Below, one piece after another: positions 7,433-14,810 of a stretch of DNA of 36,244 nucleotides. The DNA comes from Dehalococcoidia bacterium (lineage in GTDB: Bacteria; Chloroflexota; Dehalococcoidia; UBA2979). The stretch lies in contig DAOULG010000141.1 in NCBI GenBank assembly GCA_034420495.1, positions 1-36,244 of the forward strand, read 5' to 3'. Under the pieces are notes generated by a model. It had not been told where the DNA came from. It saw only the letters and a list, made by a program, of their open reading frames with translations, and did not search any database. The stretch's first letter is position 1; every line of letters starts with the position of its first letter. The position numbers and the translations under genes were made by a program.

Positions 7433-9897
7433 TACCGGCGCGTCGGCCGGGCGAAGATGCGCAGCTGCGCCGGCTCGTCTGAGATCACGCTCCGCTCGCG
7501 CAGGCCGGCGATCTCGGCGTCGGTGACGCCGAGATCGTGCAGCACCTCGTCGTTGTGCTCGGCGAAGAGGGGGGCGGCGCGCGCGCGCGGCGGGGGCGGC
7601 GTCCCGGAGAACCGCCAGGGGATACCCTCCCACCGCTGGAAGCCGATCTCCGGGTGGACGGTATCCACCCAGTAGCCGCGCCGGAAGAGGTGCGGGTCGG
7701 CGACGATCTCCCAGTTGGCGAGCACCGGGCCCGCGGGGACGCCCGCCGCCTGCAGACGGCGCGTCGCCTCGTTGTGGTCGAGGGGGGCGCTCCATTCCTC
7801 GATCGCGGCGTCGATCTCGTCGTGGGCGGCGCGGCGCGCGCGGGCGTCGGGGTAGCGGGGGCCGAGCTCGGGCCGCCCGATCGCCGCTGCGAGCGAGAGC
7901 CACTGCTCGTCCGACTCGACGCCGATCGCGAGCCAGCAGTCCTCGCCGGCGGAGCGGTAGGCCCCCTGCGGCGCGATGGAGTGCGACCGGTTCCCGCGCG
8001 GCTCCGCGACGCGGCCGGTGAGCCGGTAGTCCATGAGGGGCTCCGTCGCGAAGAGCGCCCCGGACTCCGAGAGGGCCATGTCGAGGTGCTGCCCCCGCCC
8101 GCTGCGCTCGCGCTCCCAGAGCGCCGCCACGACGCCCAGGAAGGCATGGGTGCCGGTGATCGGGTCGGCCTGGAAGGAGCCGGTGGCGAAGAAGTCGCCC
8201 GCCGCATAGCCGGTGCGGGCGATCAATCCCGCTGCCGCCTCGATGTTGGAGCCCAGGCCCAGGTGGTGGGCCTCCGGCCCGGTCGCCCCGAAGCCGGACA
8301 TGGAGCAGAGGATGATCCGCGGATTGCGCTCGGCGAGGGTCTCGTAGGAGAGGCCGAGGTTGGGGAAGACGCGCGCGCTGTTGTTCTCGAGCACGACGTC
8401 GGCGCGCTCCACCAGGCGCAGGAAGATCTCGCGCCCCTCCGCGGTGGCGAGATCGAGGCAGATCGCCCGCTTGTTGCGGTTGAACTGGTTCCACGCGGCG
8501 CCGCGGTTGTAGAAGCGCGGCCAGACCTGGGCGCCGGCGAAGTGCTGTCCCCGGGTCGGCTGCGTGAAGGAGCGCTCGATGCAGACGACGTCCGCGCCGA
8601 GGTCGGCGAGGTACATCCCGCAGAGGGGACCGGCCCAGCTGTTGGTGACCTCGATCACGCGCAGCCCCTCGAAGGGCGCGGACGGGGCGGCACCGGGTGC
8701 TCCGGTCTCCGGGCCGACCGCCCGGGCCCCGCCCGGAGCCGCTGCCGTCCCGGCGTCGCCGGCCGGATCGTCCCGGTCGGCGTCGAGGAGGGGGGCCGCG
8801 CCGGTCGGGCCGGCGGGCGAGCGCGAGAAGCGCCAGGGCGGTCCCGGCAGCTCGATGCCGCCGGCGATCGGGTGCTCCACCGCCCGCCAGAAGCCGCGGG
8901 CGGCCAGCTGCGGCGAGTCGGCGAGATCGGCCACCGTCTGCACCGGGGTCACGAGCATCCGGAGCTGCTGCGCCTGCTCGGCGACGTCGCGCTTGCGCCT
9001 CGCCGCGACCCAGGACGTGAACCGCTCGAGCACCTCCGGCAGCGCGTCGAGCCAGCCCTCGGGCGTCTGGAAGGCGGGGTCGTCGACGCGCTCCGGCTCG
9101 CCCATGAGCAGGAAGATCTCGGGGGTGAAGCGGGTCGCGAAGAGGTGCCCGTCGGCGCAGGGGACGATCAGCGCCGACGTCCCCTCCCCGCGGCGCTTGA
9201 CCAGCCCCTCCTGGTTCCACACCGAGAGCACGAAGACGTGAGAGGAGACGAGCGACTCGAAGGTGGAGACGTCGACGTGCTGCCCGCGCCCGGTCCGGCG
9301 CGCATGCCACAGCGCCGCCGCCGCACCGGCCGCGAGCTGCATCCCGGCGTGCAGCTCTCCCTGGCGCCCGTGCACCATCAGCGGCTCCCGCTCCGGGTCG
9401 CCGCAGAAGTACATCCAGCCGCCCATCGCGTAGTCGACGATCTCGCTCGTCGCGCGCGCGGCGTAGGGGCCGTCCTGCCCGAAGGGGGAGTGCGAGGCGT
9501 AGACGAGGGCGGGGAGGCGCCGGAGCAGCTCCTCGTGCGAGAGCCCGCGGCGCTCCATCGCCTCCGGGCCGGAGGACTCCAGCAGGATGTCGGCGCGGGC
9601 GAGCAGCTCGACGAAGCGCTCGCGCTCGTCACCGCGGTCGAGGTCGAGCACGATGCTGCGCTTCCCGGCGTTGAGCGCGAGGTGGAGGCCGCCCTCCTCC
9701 GGCCCGGCCGCCCCCGGCGGGAAGGGCCCCATCGACCGCAGGGAGTCGCCTCCGGGCGGCTCCACCTTCAGCACGTGCGCGCCGAGATCGGCGAGCAGGC
9801 GGGAGGCGTAGCCGCCGGCGACCCCCTCCGAGGCGTCGACGACCCGCACGCCGGAAAGCGGCCCCCCGCCGGCGCCGCCCTCTCCCCCGATGCTCAC
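7432..9897 (-). CDS. Tandem-fused double family-III CoA-transferase (two CaiB/BaiF modules in one 821-aa chain)
   Basis: GTG start at 9897. Module 1 opens GPLSGVRVVDASEGVAGGYASRLLADLGAHVLKVEPP. Module 2 opens PFEGLRVIEVTNSWAGPLCGMYLADLGADVVCIERS (aa ~408). Both contain the SxFGxxGP segment (HSPFGQDGPY; MSGFGATGPE). An Ala/Gly/Pro/Asp linker lies between them at about aa 362-407. Confidence 0.85.
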   Translation of the reverse strand: MSIGGEGGAGGGPLSGVRVVDASEGVAGGYASRLLADLGAHVLKVEPPGGDSLRSMGPFPPGAAGPEEGGLHLALNAGKRSIVLDLDRGDERERFVELLARADILLESSGPEAMERRGLSHEELLRRLPALVYASHSPFGQDGPYAARATSEIVDYAMGGWMYFCGDPEREPLMVHGRQGELHAGMQLAAGAAAALWHARRTGRGQHVDVSTFESLVSSHVFVLSVWNQEGLVKRRGEGTSALIVPCADGHLFATRFTPEIFLLMGEPERVDDPAFQTPEGWLDALPEVLERFTSWVAARRKRDVAEQAQQLRMLVTPVQTVADLADSPQLAARGFWRAVEHPIAGGIELPGPPWRFSRSPAGPTGAAPLLDADRDDPAGDAGTAAAPGGARAVGPETGAPGAAPSAPFEGLRVIEVTNSWAGPLCGMYLADLGADVVCIERSFTQPTRGQHFAGAQVWPRFYNRGAAWNQFNRNKRAICLDLATAEGREIFLRLVERADVVLENNSARVFPNLGLSYETLAERNPRIILCSMSGFGATGPEAHHLGLGSNIEAAAGLIARTGYAAGDFFATGSFQADPITGTHAFLGVVAALWERERSGRGQHLDMALSESGALFATEPLMDYRLTGRVAEPRGNRSHSIAPQGAYRSAGEDCWLAIGVESDEQWLSLAAAIGRPELGPRYPDARARRAAHDEIDAAIEEWSAPLDHNEATRRLQAAGVPAGPVLANWEIVADPHLFRRGYWVDTVHPEIGFQRWEGIPWRFSGTPPPPRARAAPLFAEHNDEVLHDLGVTDAEIAGLRERSVISDEPAQLRIFARPTRR

Positions 9898-9919
9898 GCG
9901 CCCTCCCGCCCGACGCCCG

Positions 9920-11149
9920 TCAGCCGCGCGGCAGCCCGAGGCCGCGCGTCGCGATCACGTTGCGCTGGATCTCGGAGGTTCCGGAGGCGATCGTCGCCGA
10001 GACGCCCAGGACGTGGCTCTGGGTGAAGCTCGCCATCATCGGCGCGTGCGCCTCCTCCCCGTCCCAGATGTTCGCGTAGAGGCCGAAGACCTTCGTGCCG
10101 GTGTTGGCGAGGCGCTGCATCAGCTCCGAGCCGAAGAGCTTGCTGATGGAGGCCTCGTAGTTCGGGACCTGGCCGGCGCTCTGCATCGAGATGATCCGGA
10201 ACGAGAAGTTGAACATGACCTCCGCCTCGACGGCGTGCGAGGCGATCTGGTCCCGGATGGAGGGGAGCTCGTCGACGCGGGCGCGGGAGCGTCCGCGGCC
10301 GGCCAGGTGGTCGACGAGCTTGCCGATGCGCCTGCGGACCTCGATCGCCCCCGAGATGTTGGAGCGCTCGAAGTCGAGCAGCGTCATCCCCACGTACCAG
10401 CCCCGGTTCTCCTCGCCGACGAGGTTGCCGGCGGGGACGCGGACCGACTCGTAGAAGACCTCGTTGAAGTCGTGCTCCCAGCCCATGTTGATGAGGGGGC
10501 GCACGTCGACGCCCGGCGTCTCGCGGTCGAGCAGCAGGAACGAGATGCCGCGGTGCTTCGGGGCGCCGGGATCGGTGCGCGCGAGCGTGAAGAGCCAGCT
10601 CGCCTCGTGCCCGCGCGTCGTCCAGATCTTCTGCCCGTCGAGCACGAACTCGTCGCCGTCGCGGACCGCGCGCGTCGTGAGCGAGCTGAGATCGGATCCC
10701 GCGCCGGGCTCCGAGTAGCCCTGCGCCCACACGACCTCGCCGGAGAGCACCCGGGGGAGGTGCGCGCGGCGCTGCTCCTCCGTGCCGTGGAGGATCAGCA
10801 CCGGCCCGAGCATGGAGACGCCGATGCCGCCCACGGTCGGCGCCCCCGCCTGCGCGAGCTCCTGGTTGAAGATGAACTGCTCCATCGGGGACATGCCGCC
10901 CCCGCCGTACTCCGCCGGCCAGTGGGGCGCGACCCAGCGCTGCTCGGCGAGGGCCTCCACCCACGCGTCGCCCGCGGCGCGCGCCTCGTCGTCGCCGGTG
11001 AGGCGGTCCGACTGCACCTGCAGGAAGGGGAGGCGGGGCCAGGCGTCGCTCTCGGCCCGGCGCCGGTAGAGCTCGGGGAGCCTCGACTCGACGAGGCGCC
11101 GCACCTCGGCGCGGAACGCCGACTGCTCCGGGCTGTCCGACCACTCCAT
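9920..11149 (-). CDS. Acyl-CoA dehydrogenase, 409 aa
   Basis: ATG at 11149 (MEWSDSPEQSAF). Motifs: WAQGYSEPGAGSDLSSLTTRA, DGQKIWTT, and a C-terminal catalytic-Glu context IASGTSEIQRNVIA. The tracked upstream extension (to 11716) overlaps the ACT gene in another frame and is Arg-rich junk. Confidence 0.9.
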   Translation of the reverse strand: MEWSDSPEQSAFRAEVRRLVESRLPELYRRRAESDAWPRLPFLQVQSDRLTGDDEARAAGDAWVEALAEQRWVAPHWPAEYGGGGMSPMEQFIFNQELAQAGAPTVGGIGVSMLGPVLILHGTEEQRRAHLPRVLSGEVVWAQGYSEPGAGSDLSSLTTRAVRDGDEFVLDGQKIWTTRGHEASWLFTLARTDPGAPKHRGISFLLLDRETPGVDVRPLINMGWEHDFNEVFYESVRVPAGNLVGEENRGWYVGMTLLDFERSNISGAIEVRRRIGKLVDHLAGRGRSRARVDELPSIRDQIASHAVEAEVMFNFSFRIISMQSAGQVPNYEASISKLFGSELMQRLANTGTKVFGLYANIWDGEEAHAPMMASFTQSHVLGVSATIASGTSEIQRNVIATRGLGLPRG

Positions 11150-11228
11150 GATGCCGCCCCCCCGCCGACGCGCACGCCCCGGCTGGCGCACGGCGGCAGC
11201 GTACCGCGATCGTCCGCGGCAGGCCCAT

Positions 11229-11248
11229 CGGGCTCCCGCGGGAGCCCG
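11229..11248. other. Perfect 20-nt palindrome CGGGCTCCCGCGGGAGCCCG (hairpin/terminator or operator candidate) between the ACT gene and the acyl-CoA dehydrogenase gene
   Basis: Checked base by base; the sequence is identical to its reverse complement. It lies 63 nt after the ACT stop and 80 nt before the ACAD start. Confidence 0.35.
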
Positions 11249-11310
11249 GTGGGCGCGACGCCGGGGGGGAGACGCTGCCGGCACCGGATCGGGCGCCCGG
11301 CGGCGCACCC

Positions 11311-11703
11311 TCAGATCGTCGAGTCCTCGTCGAGCAGGGAGCGGGCGAGGTCGATGTCGTCGGCGCTCAGCGCGATCGTCGCCTGGCCGCCGTGGCGGTT
11401 CAGGATGTGCATGCTCTGGATGCTCACGCCGGCGTCGCGGAACCGCGTCGAGAGCCGCGCGAGAGCGCCCGGCTCGTCGGGGAGCCGGACCACCAGCGCG
11501 TCGTCGGCCACGGCGCGGTACCCGGCCTTCGAGAGCGCGAGCAGAGCGTCGTCGTCGTCGTCGGTCGTGACGATGACCATGCCGTGATCGCCGACCCCCT
11601 CCGTGTCGATGGAGTGGATGTTGATGCCGCGCCCGGCGAGGGTCGCGGTGATGCCGGCGATCACGCCGACCTCGTTCCTCGTGCTCACGATGATGCGCTT
11701 CAC
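11311..11703 (-). CDS. Stand-alone ACT-domain protein (two ACT-like halves), 130 aa
   Basis: GTG start at 11703 after GGAGGAGG. There are two beta-alpha-beta-beta-alpha-beta-like halves: RIIVSTRNEVGVIAGITATLAGRGINIHSIDTE and VVRLPDEPGALARLSTRFRDAGVSIQSMHIL. Confidence 0.8.
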   Translation of the reverse strand: MKRIIVSTRNEVGVIAGITATLAGRGINIHSIDTEGVGDHGMVIVTTDDDDDALLALSKAGYRAVADDALVVRLPDEPGALARLSTRFRDAGVSIQSMHILNRHGGQATIALSADDIDLARSLLDEDSTI

Positions 11704-11758
11704 GGGCCTCCTCCACGGGCGCGGCCGCGAGGGGCGGCCGCGAGCCGTCGCGCTCCCC

Positions 11759-12892
11759 TCAGGCGGACTCGATGACGGCGCGGTCGGCGACGAGGTCGTC
11801 GGCGAGCCGGTCGATGTGGTCGCGCGTCACGTGGTGCATCGTGATCAGGTGGGCGATCTCGCGGTAGGGCGCGAGCTGCCACTTCGCGATCACGTCGTCT
11901 GCCGGCCTCGGGATCACGACGGTCACGGAGTTCCTGTGGCGCCAGGCCGGGATGCCCAGCCCGTTCAGGCGCTCGACCGCGTACGCGGCGACGTCGAGCA
12001 TCTCGCCGACGATCTCGCCGAACCCCTCGGCGCCGAAGCGCTCCCAGGCGAGCCAGAGCATCAGGGGCGTCAGGCCGTTGCGCGAGCCGGTGAGCGTGGT
12101 GTCCATGACCCCGACGTACTCGATGGAGCGCGCGATGCGCGCCACGTAGGGCGCGCGGGTGAGCGCGACGCCGCACGGTATCGGGGCCCCGATCAGCTTG
12201 TGACCGCTGATCGAGATGCTGTCGAAGCCGTCCGCGAAGGTGTGCGGCTGGGGATCATCGACGAACGGGAGGATCATCCCGCTGAGCGCGGCGTCGGCGT
12301 GGATGTAGCTCCGCGTGACGGCGAGATCGTCGAGGATCGCGCGGACGCGGCGCACGTCGTCGACGGCTCCCTTCATCGTCGTGCCGACGTTGGCCATGAA
12401 GATGACGGGGACGTCGCGGTTGATCCGAATCGTCTCGTAGAGGTCGTCGTAGTCGATCTCCCCGCTCTCCTGGCTCTTGATCATGATGTTCCGGGTCCGG
12501 AGCACGCGAGTGATCTTGAGCACGCTGTAGTGGGTGTCCTCGGAGAAGTAGACGATTCCCTCCGGGAAGAGCTCCCGCGCGAGGAAGAGGCCGTACATGT
12601 TCCCCTCGGTCCCGCCGTTGGTGACATAACCCCATACCTGATCGGCCGGCAGGCGCATGAGGGTGGCGAAGCGGCGGATCACCTCGCGCTCGATCTCGTG
12701 GGTGTTGGTGGCGAAGTTGCTCTCGTGGAACGGGTCGCCGACGTTGTTCACGCAGTAGCGGAGGAAGGGCAGCAGGGCCGCGTAGTCGAAGTTCTGGTTG
12801 GTCGGGTAGCCGACGAAGCGGGTCGCCAGGTCGTCGAACTCCGACCGCAGCTCATCCAGCCGCCGCAGCGCCTCCGCGCCCAGCTCGGTCAT
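11759..12892 (-). CDS. hdc: PLP-dependent histidine decarboxylase (group II, Gram-negative HdcA type), 377 aa
   Basis: There are long stretches near-identical in pattern to my recollection of Morganella/Klebsiella HDC: WGYVTNGGTEGNM, THYSV.KI, GEIDYDDL, HADAALSGMILPFVDD.QP.TFADG.DSI..SGHK.IG.PIPCG (PLP Lys), TGSRNG.TPLMLW, AWR..NS.TVV. The size also matches (~378 aa). Confidence 0.9.
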   Translation of the reverse strand: MTELGAEALRRLDELRSEFDDLATRFVGYPTNQNFDYAALLPFLRYCVNNVGDPFHESNFATNTHEIEREVIRRFATLMRLPADQVWGYVTNGGTEGNMYGLFLARELFPEGIVYFSEDTHYSVLKITRVLRTRNIMIKSQESGEIDYDDLYETIRINRDVPVIFMANVGTTMKGAVDDVRRVRAILDDLAVTRSYIHADAALSGMILPFVDDPQPHTFADGFDSISISGHKLIGAPIPCGVALTRAPYVARIARSIEYVGVMDTTLTGSRNGLTPLMLWLAWERFGAEGFGEIVGEMLDVAAYAVERLNGLGIPAWRHRNSVTVVIPRPADDVIAKWQLAPYREIAHLITMHHVTRDHIDRLADDLVADRAVIESA

Positions 12893-13013
12893 GGTGGGGG
12901 CCTCTCTGGGGCGGTGCGGCGCCGGCCCGATCGCGCCGTCTCTCCCCCTCAGGCTATCGCCCGGAACGGCGACTGCCTAGGCGCTCCCCATCGGAAGCAG
13001 GGCGCCGCCCCGC

Positions 13014-13047
13014 GCCGACGCGCCTCGACGGCGGCGGGCGCGTCGGC
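13014..13047 (-). terminator. Hairpin downstream of the YibE/F gene and upstream of hdc; candidate terminator or RNA structure
   Basis: Perfect 11-bp stem GCCGACGCGCC (13014-13024) / GGCGCGTCGGC (13037-13047) with a 12-nt loop. There is no T tract. Confidence 0.35.
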
Positions 13048-13200
13048 TCCGAAGGGCCCGGCGGACGCAGGCGCCGCGGAGGCGGGCGATGAGCGCTGAC
13101 GGCATCGCGGAGCGCGCGCAGCTGCCGGGCCGCGCGCTGCTCGGCGGGGCGTCCGCCTGGGCGTCGCCCCCGCCGGAAGGCCGGGAACGCGCCCGGCTCG

Positions 13201-14373
13201 CTAGGGTCGGGCGGCGCCCCCCGGCGCCTCTCCCTCACGCTCCGCTCGGCCCGACGCGGCGAGCAGCGCGGCGATGCCCGTCGTGATCGGCACGGCGGCG
13301 ACGATCCCCATGCTGCCGACGAGCGTGCGGACGATCTCGGTCGCGAGCAGGTCGCGGCTGATGAGGAGGCCGAGCGGCTCGGCCTGCGAGGCGAGCAGGG
13401 CCATCAGCGGCAGCGAGGCGCCGGCGTAGGCGAGCACCAGCGTGTTCACCGTCGAGGCGATGTGGTCGCGGCCGACGTTGAGCCCCCGCGCGAAGAGCTC
13501 GCCGACCCCCAGCGCCCGGTTCGCGCGTCGCAGCTCGAAGACGGCGGAGGCCTGCGTCGCGGTGACGTCGTCGAGGACTCCCAGGGCGCCGATGATGATC
13601 CCGGCCAGGAGCAGCCCCCCGGCGTCGACGGCGCCTCCGGAGAGGATGTTGAGCGCGACGGAGTGCTCGTCCGCGAGCCCGGTCAGCTCGACGAACCCCA
13701 CGCCGAAGCGCGCGAGCGCGAAGGTGAGCGCGAGGCTCAGCTCGGTGCCGCCGAGGGCCGCCGCCGTCTTCCAGTTCGCGCCGTGGGCGAGCACGAGCGT
13801 GGCGAAGGCGATGGCGGCCGCGCCGATCACGGTCGCGACGACGGGATCCCAGCCCGTGAGGATGGCCGGCAGGATGAAGCGCACGATCACCAGGAAACTC
13901 GCCGCCATCCCGAGCAGCGACCAGGCGCCGCGGGCCCGTCCGACCAGCGCCACGAGAGCCGCGAAGGCGACGGCGAGCCACCACAGCGGCTGCGCCCGCG
14001 AGCGGTCGGCGATGAAGTAGACGGTGCCGCCCGGGCTCTCGTTCGCCGTCACGAGCACCCGGTCGCCCGTCTCGACCGGGAGGCCGATCGTGTCGTCCTC
14101 GACCAGCTGCCGCTCGACGACGACCGCCTCGCCGCCCCGCAGCCGCACGGCGATGCGCTCGCTGAGGATCGCGCCGACCGCGCTCGGCTCGCGCCCGATC
14201 TCCTCGACGGCGAGCACCTCGCCCTCGAAGGACTCGGCGCCGAACGGGTTGAGCGGCGGGATCTCGAAGGCGCCCGCCCGGGGCACGATCACCGTGGTGA
14301 GCAGCAGCACGGCCGCCACGAGCGCGTAGGCGAGCGCCTGCGGGCGGCGAAACGGGCGGAGGAGCGGCGTCAC
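13201..14373 (-). CDS. YibE/F-family integral membrane protein, 390 aa
   Basis: An N-terminal TM helix is followed by a soluble ~100-aa domain, then multiple TM helices. Family-like block: NVGRDHIASTVNTLVLAYAGASLPLM. GTG start at 14373 with no clear SD, so the start is uncertain. Confidence 0.75.
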   Translation of the reverse strand: MTPLLRPFRRPQALAYALVAAVLLLTTVIVPRAGAFEIPPLNPFGAESFEGEVLAVEEIGREPSAVGAILSERIAVRLRGGEAVVVERQLVEDDTIGLPVETGDRVLVTANESPGGTVYFIADRSRAQPLWWLAVAFAALVALVGRARGAWSLLGMAASFLVIVRFILPAILTGWDPVVATVIGAAAIAFATLVLAHGANWKTAAALGGTELSLALTFALARFGVGFVELTGLADEHSVALNILSGGAVDAGGLLLAGIIIGALGVLDDVTATQASAVFELRRANRALGVGELFARGLNVGRDHIASTVNTLVLAYAGASLPLMALLASQAEPLGLLISRDLLATEIVRTLVGSMGIVAAVPITTGIAALLAASGRAEREGEAPGGAARP

Positions 14374-14473
14374 GCGCGCAGTCTGACCGCGCCCGGCGCG
14401 GAGCGCCAGCCGGGCCGGACCCCCGGGACGGGGGCCGGCGGGGGGCCGCGCCGGGGATGCGGTTCCGGCCGGG

Positions 14474-14680
14474 CTACATCTCCATCTTCTTCTCGCCGGA
14501 GAGGTAGCCCGCGGGATCCTCCCCGAACTCGAGACGGCAGCCGGTGGCGCAGAAGTAGTACGTCACGCCCTCGTACGTAGCCGATCCGCCCGCCGGGTTG
14601 CGGCGGTCGACCTCCATGCCGCAGATCGGGTCGATGGCGGCGCGATCGCCGAGTATCCGACCCCTCAACCATGAGATCAC
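14474..14680 (-). CDS. YHS/TRASH-domain small metal-binding protein, 68 aa
   Basis: DPICGMEVD...[17 protein letters not shown] is the YHS cysteine pattern. GTG at 14680 is preceded by GAGAGGGGGGG. The tracked longer ORF (to 14845) would run into the divergent yyaL-like promoter and start. Confidence 0.7.
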   Translation of the reverse strand: MISWLRGRILGDRAAIDPICGMEVDRRNPAGGSATYEGVTYYFCATGCRLEFGEDPAGYLSGEKKMEM

Positions 14681-14810
14681 GGCCCCCCCTCTCGTCGATT
14701 CGCGGAGAGGCACACCGTACAGTGTTGGAGCGGCGAGCGAGAGCCCCGCCGGTCGCCCGGGCGGGGCCCGGCGGCCCGCGCCGCGGGCTCCCGCACCGGG
14801 GAGGTGGACG

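Noticed and set aside
4092-7526. 1144-aa plus-strand ORF spanning the hydantoinase, crotonase, amidohydrolase and LLM region
   Set aside because: It is a low-complexity Arg/Gly/Pro-rich translation. It overlaps four genes that carry clear family motifs in other frames or on the other strand, so it is a GC-driven artefact. The same reasoning rejects 127-1626 (+), 1050-1991 (-), 2925-4316 (-), 2984-4405 (+), 5296-7275 (-), 7259-9310 (-), 7537-10026 (+), 9890-11587 (+), 11603-13099 (+), 14370-15698 (-), 15744-17093 (-), 16223-17848 (+), 21906-24596 (-), 24682-25725 (+), 25699-27975 (-), 28075-29325 (+), 28975-31722 (-), 32474-33868 (-), 34828-36144 (-) and the shorter ones.
12230-12800. Visibly lower GC (~57-62% in 60-nt lines against ~73-77% nearby) inside hdc, which could suggest recent horizontal acquisition from a Gram-negative donor
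   Set aside because: Reading the codons in frame shows third positions are still almost all G or C (for example AAC, ATC, TAC, TTC, AAG). The dip comes from the Asn/Ile/Tyr/Phe/Lys-rich conserved core of the enzyme, not from foreign codon usage. There is no compositional evidence for recent transfer. Ancient transfer cannot be judged from this window.
12954-13238. 94-aa minus-strand ORF and 65-aa plus-strand ORF (13089-13286) in the long YibE/F-hdc spacer
   Set aside because: Both are Arg/Pro/Gly-rich and overlap the 3' end of the YibE/F gene. Neither has an SD or a recognisable domain, so they are treated as noise.
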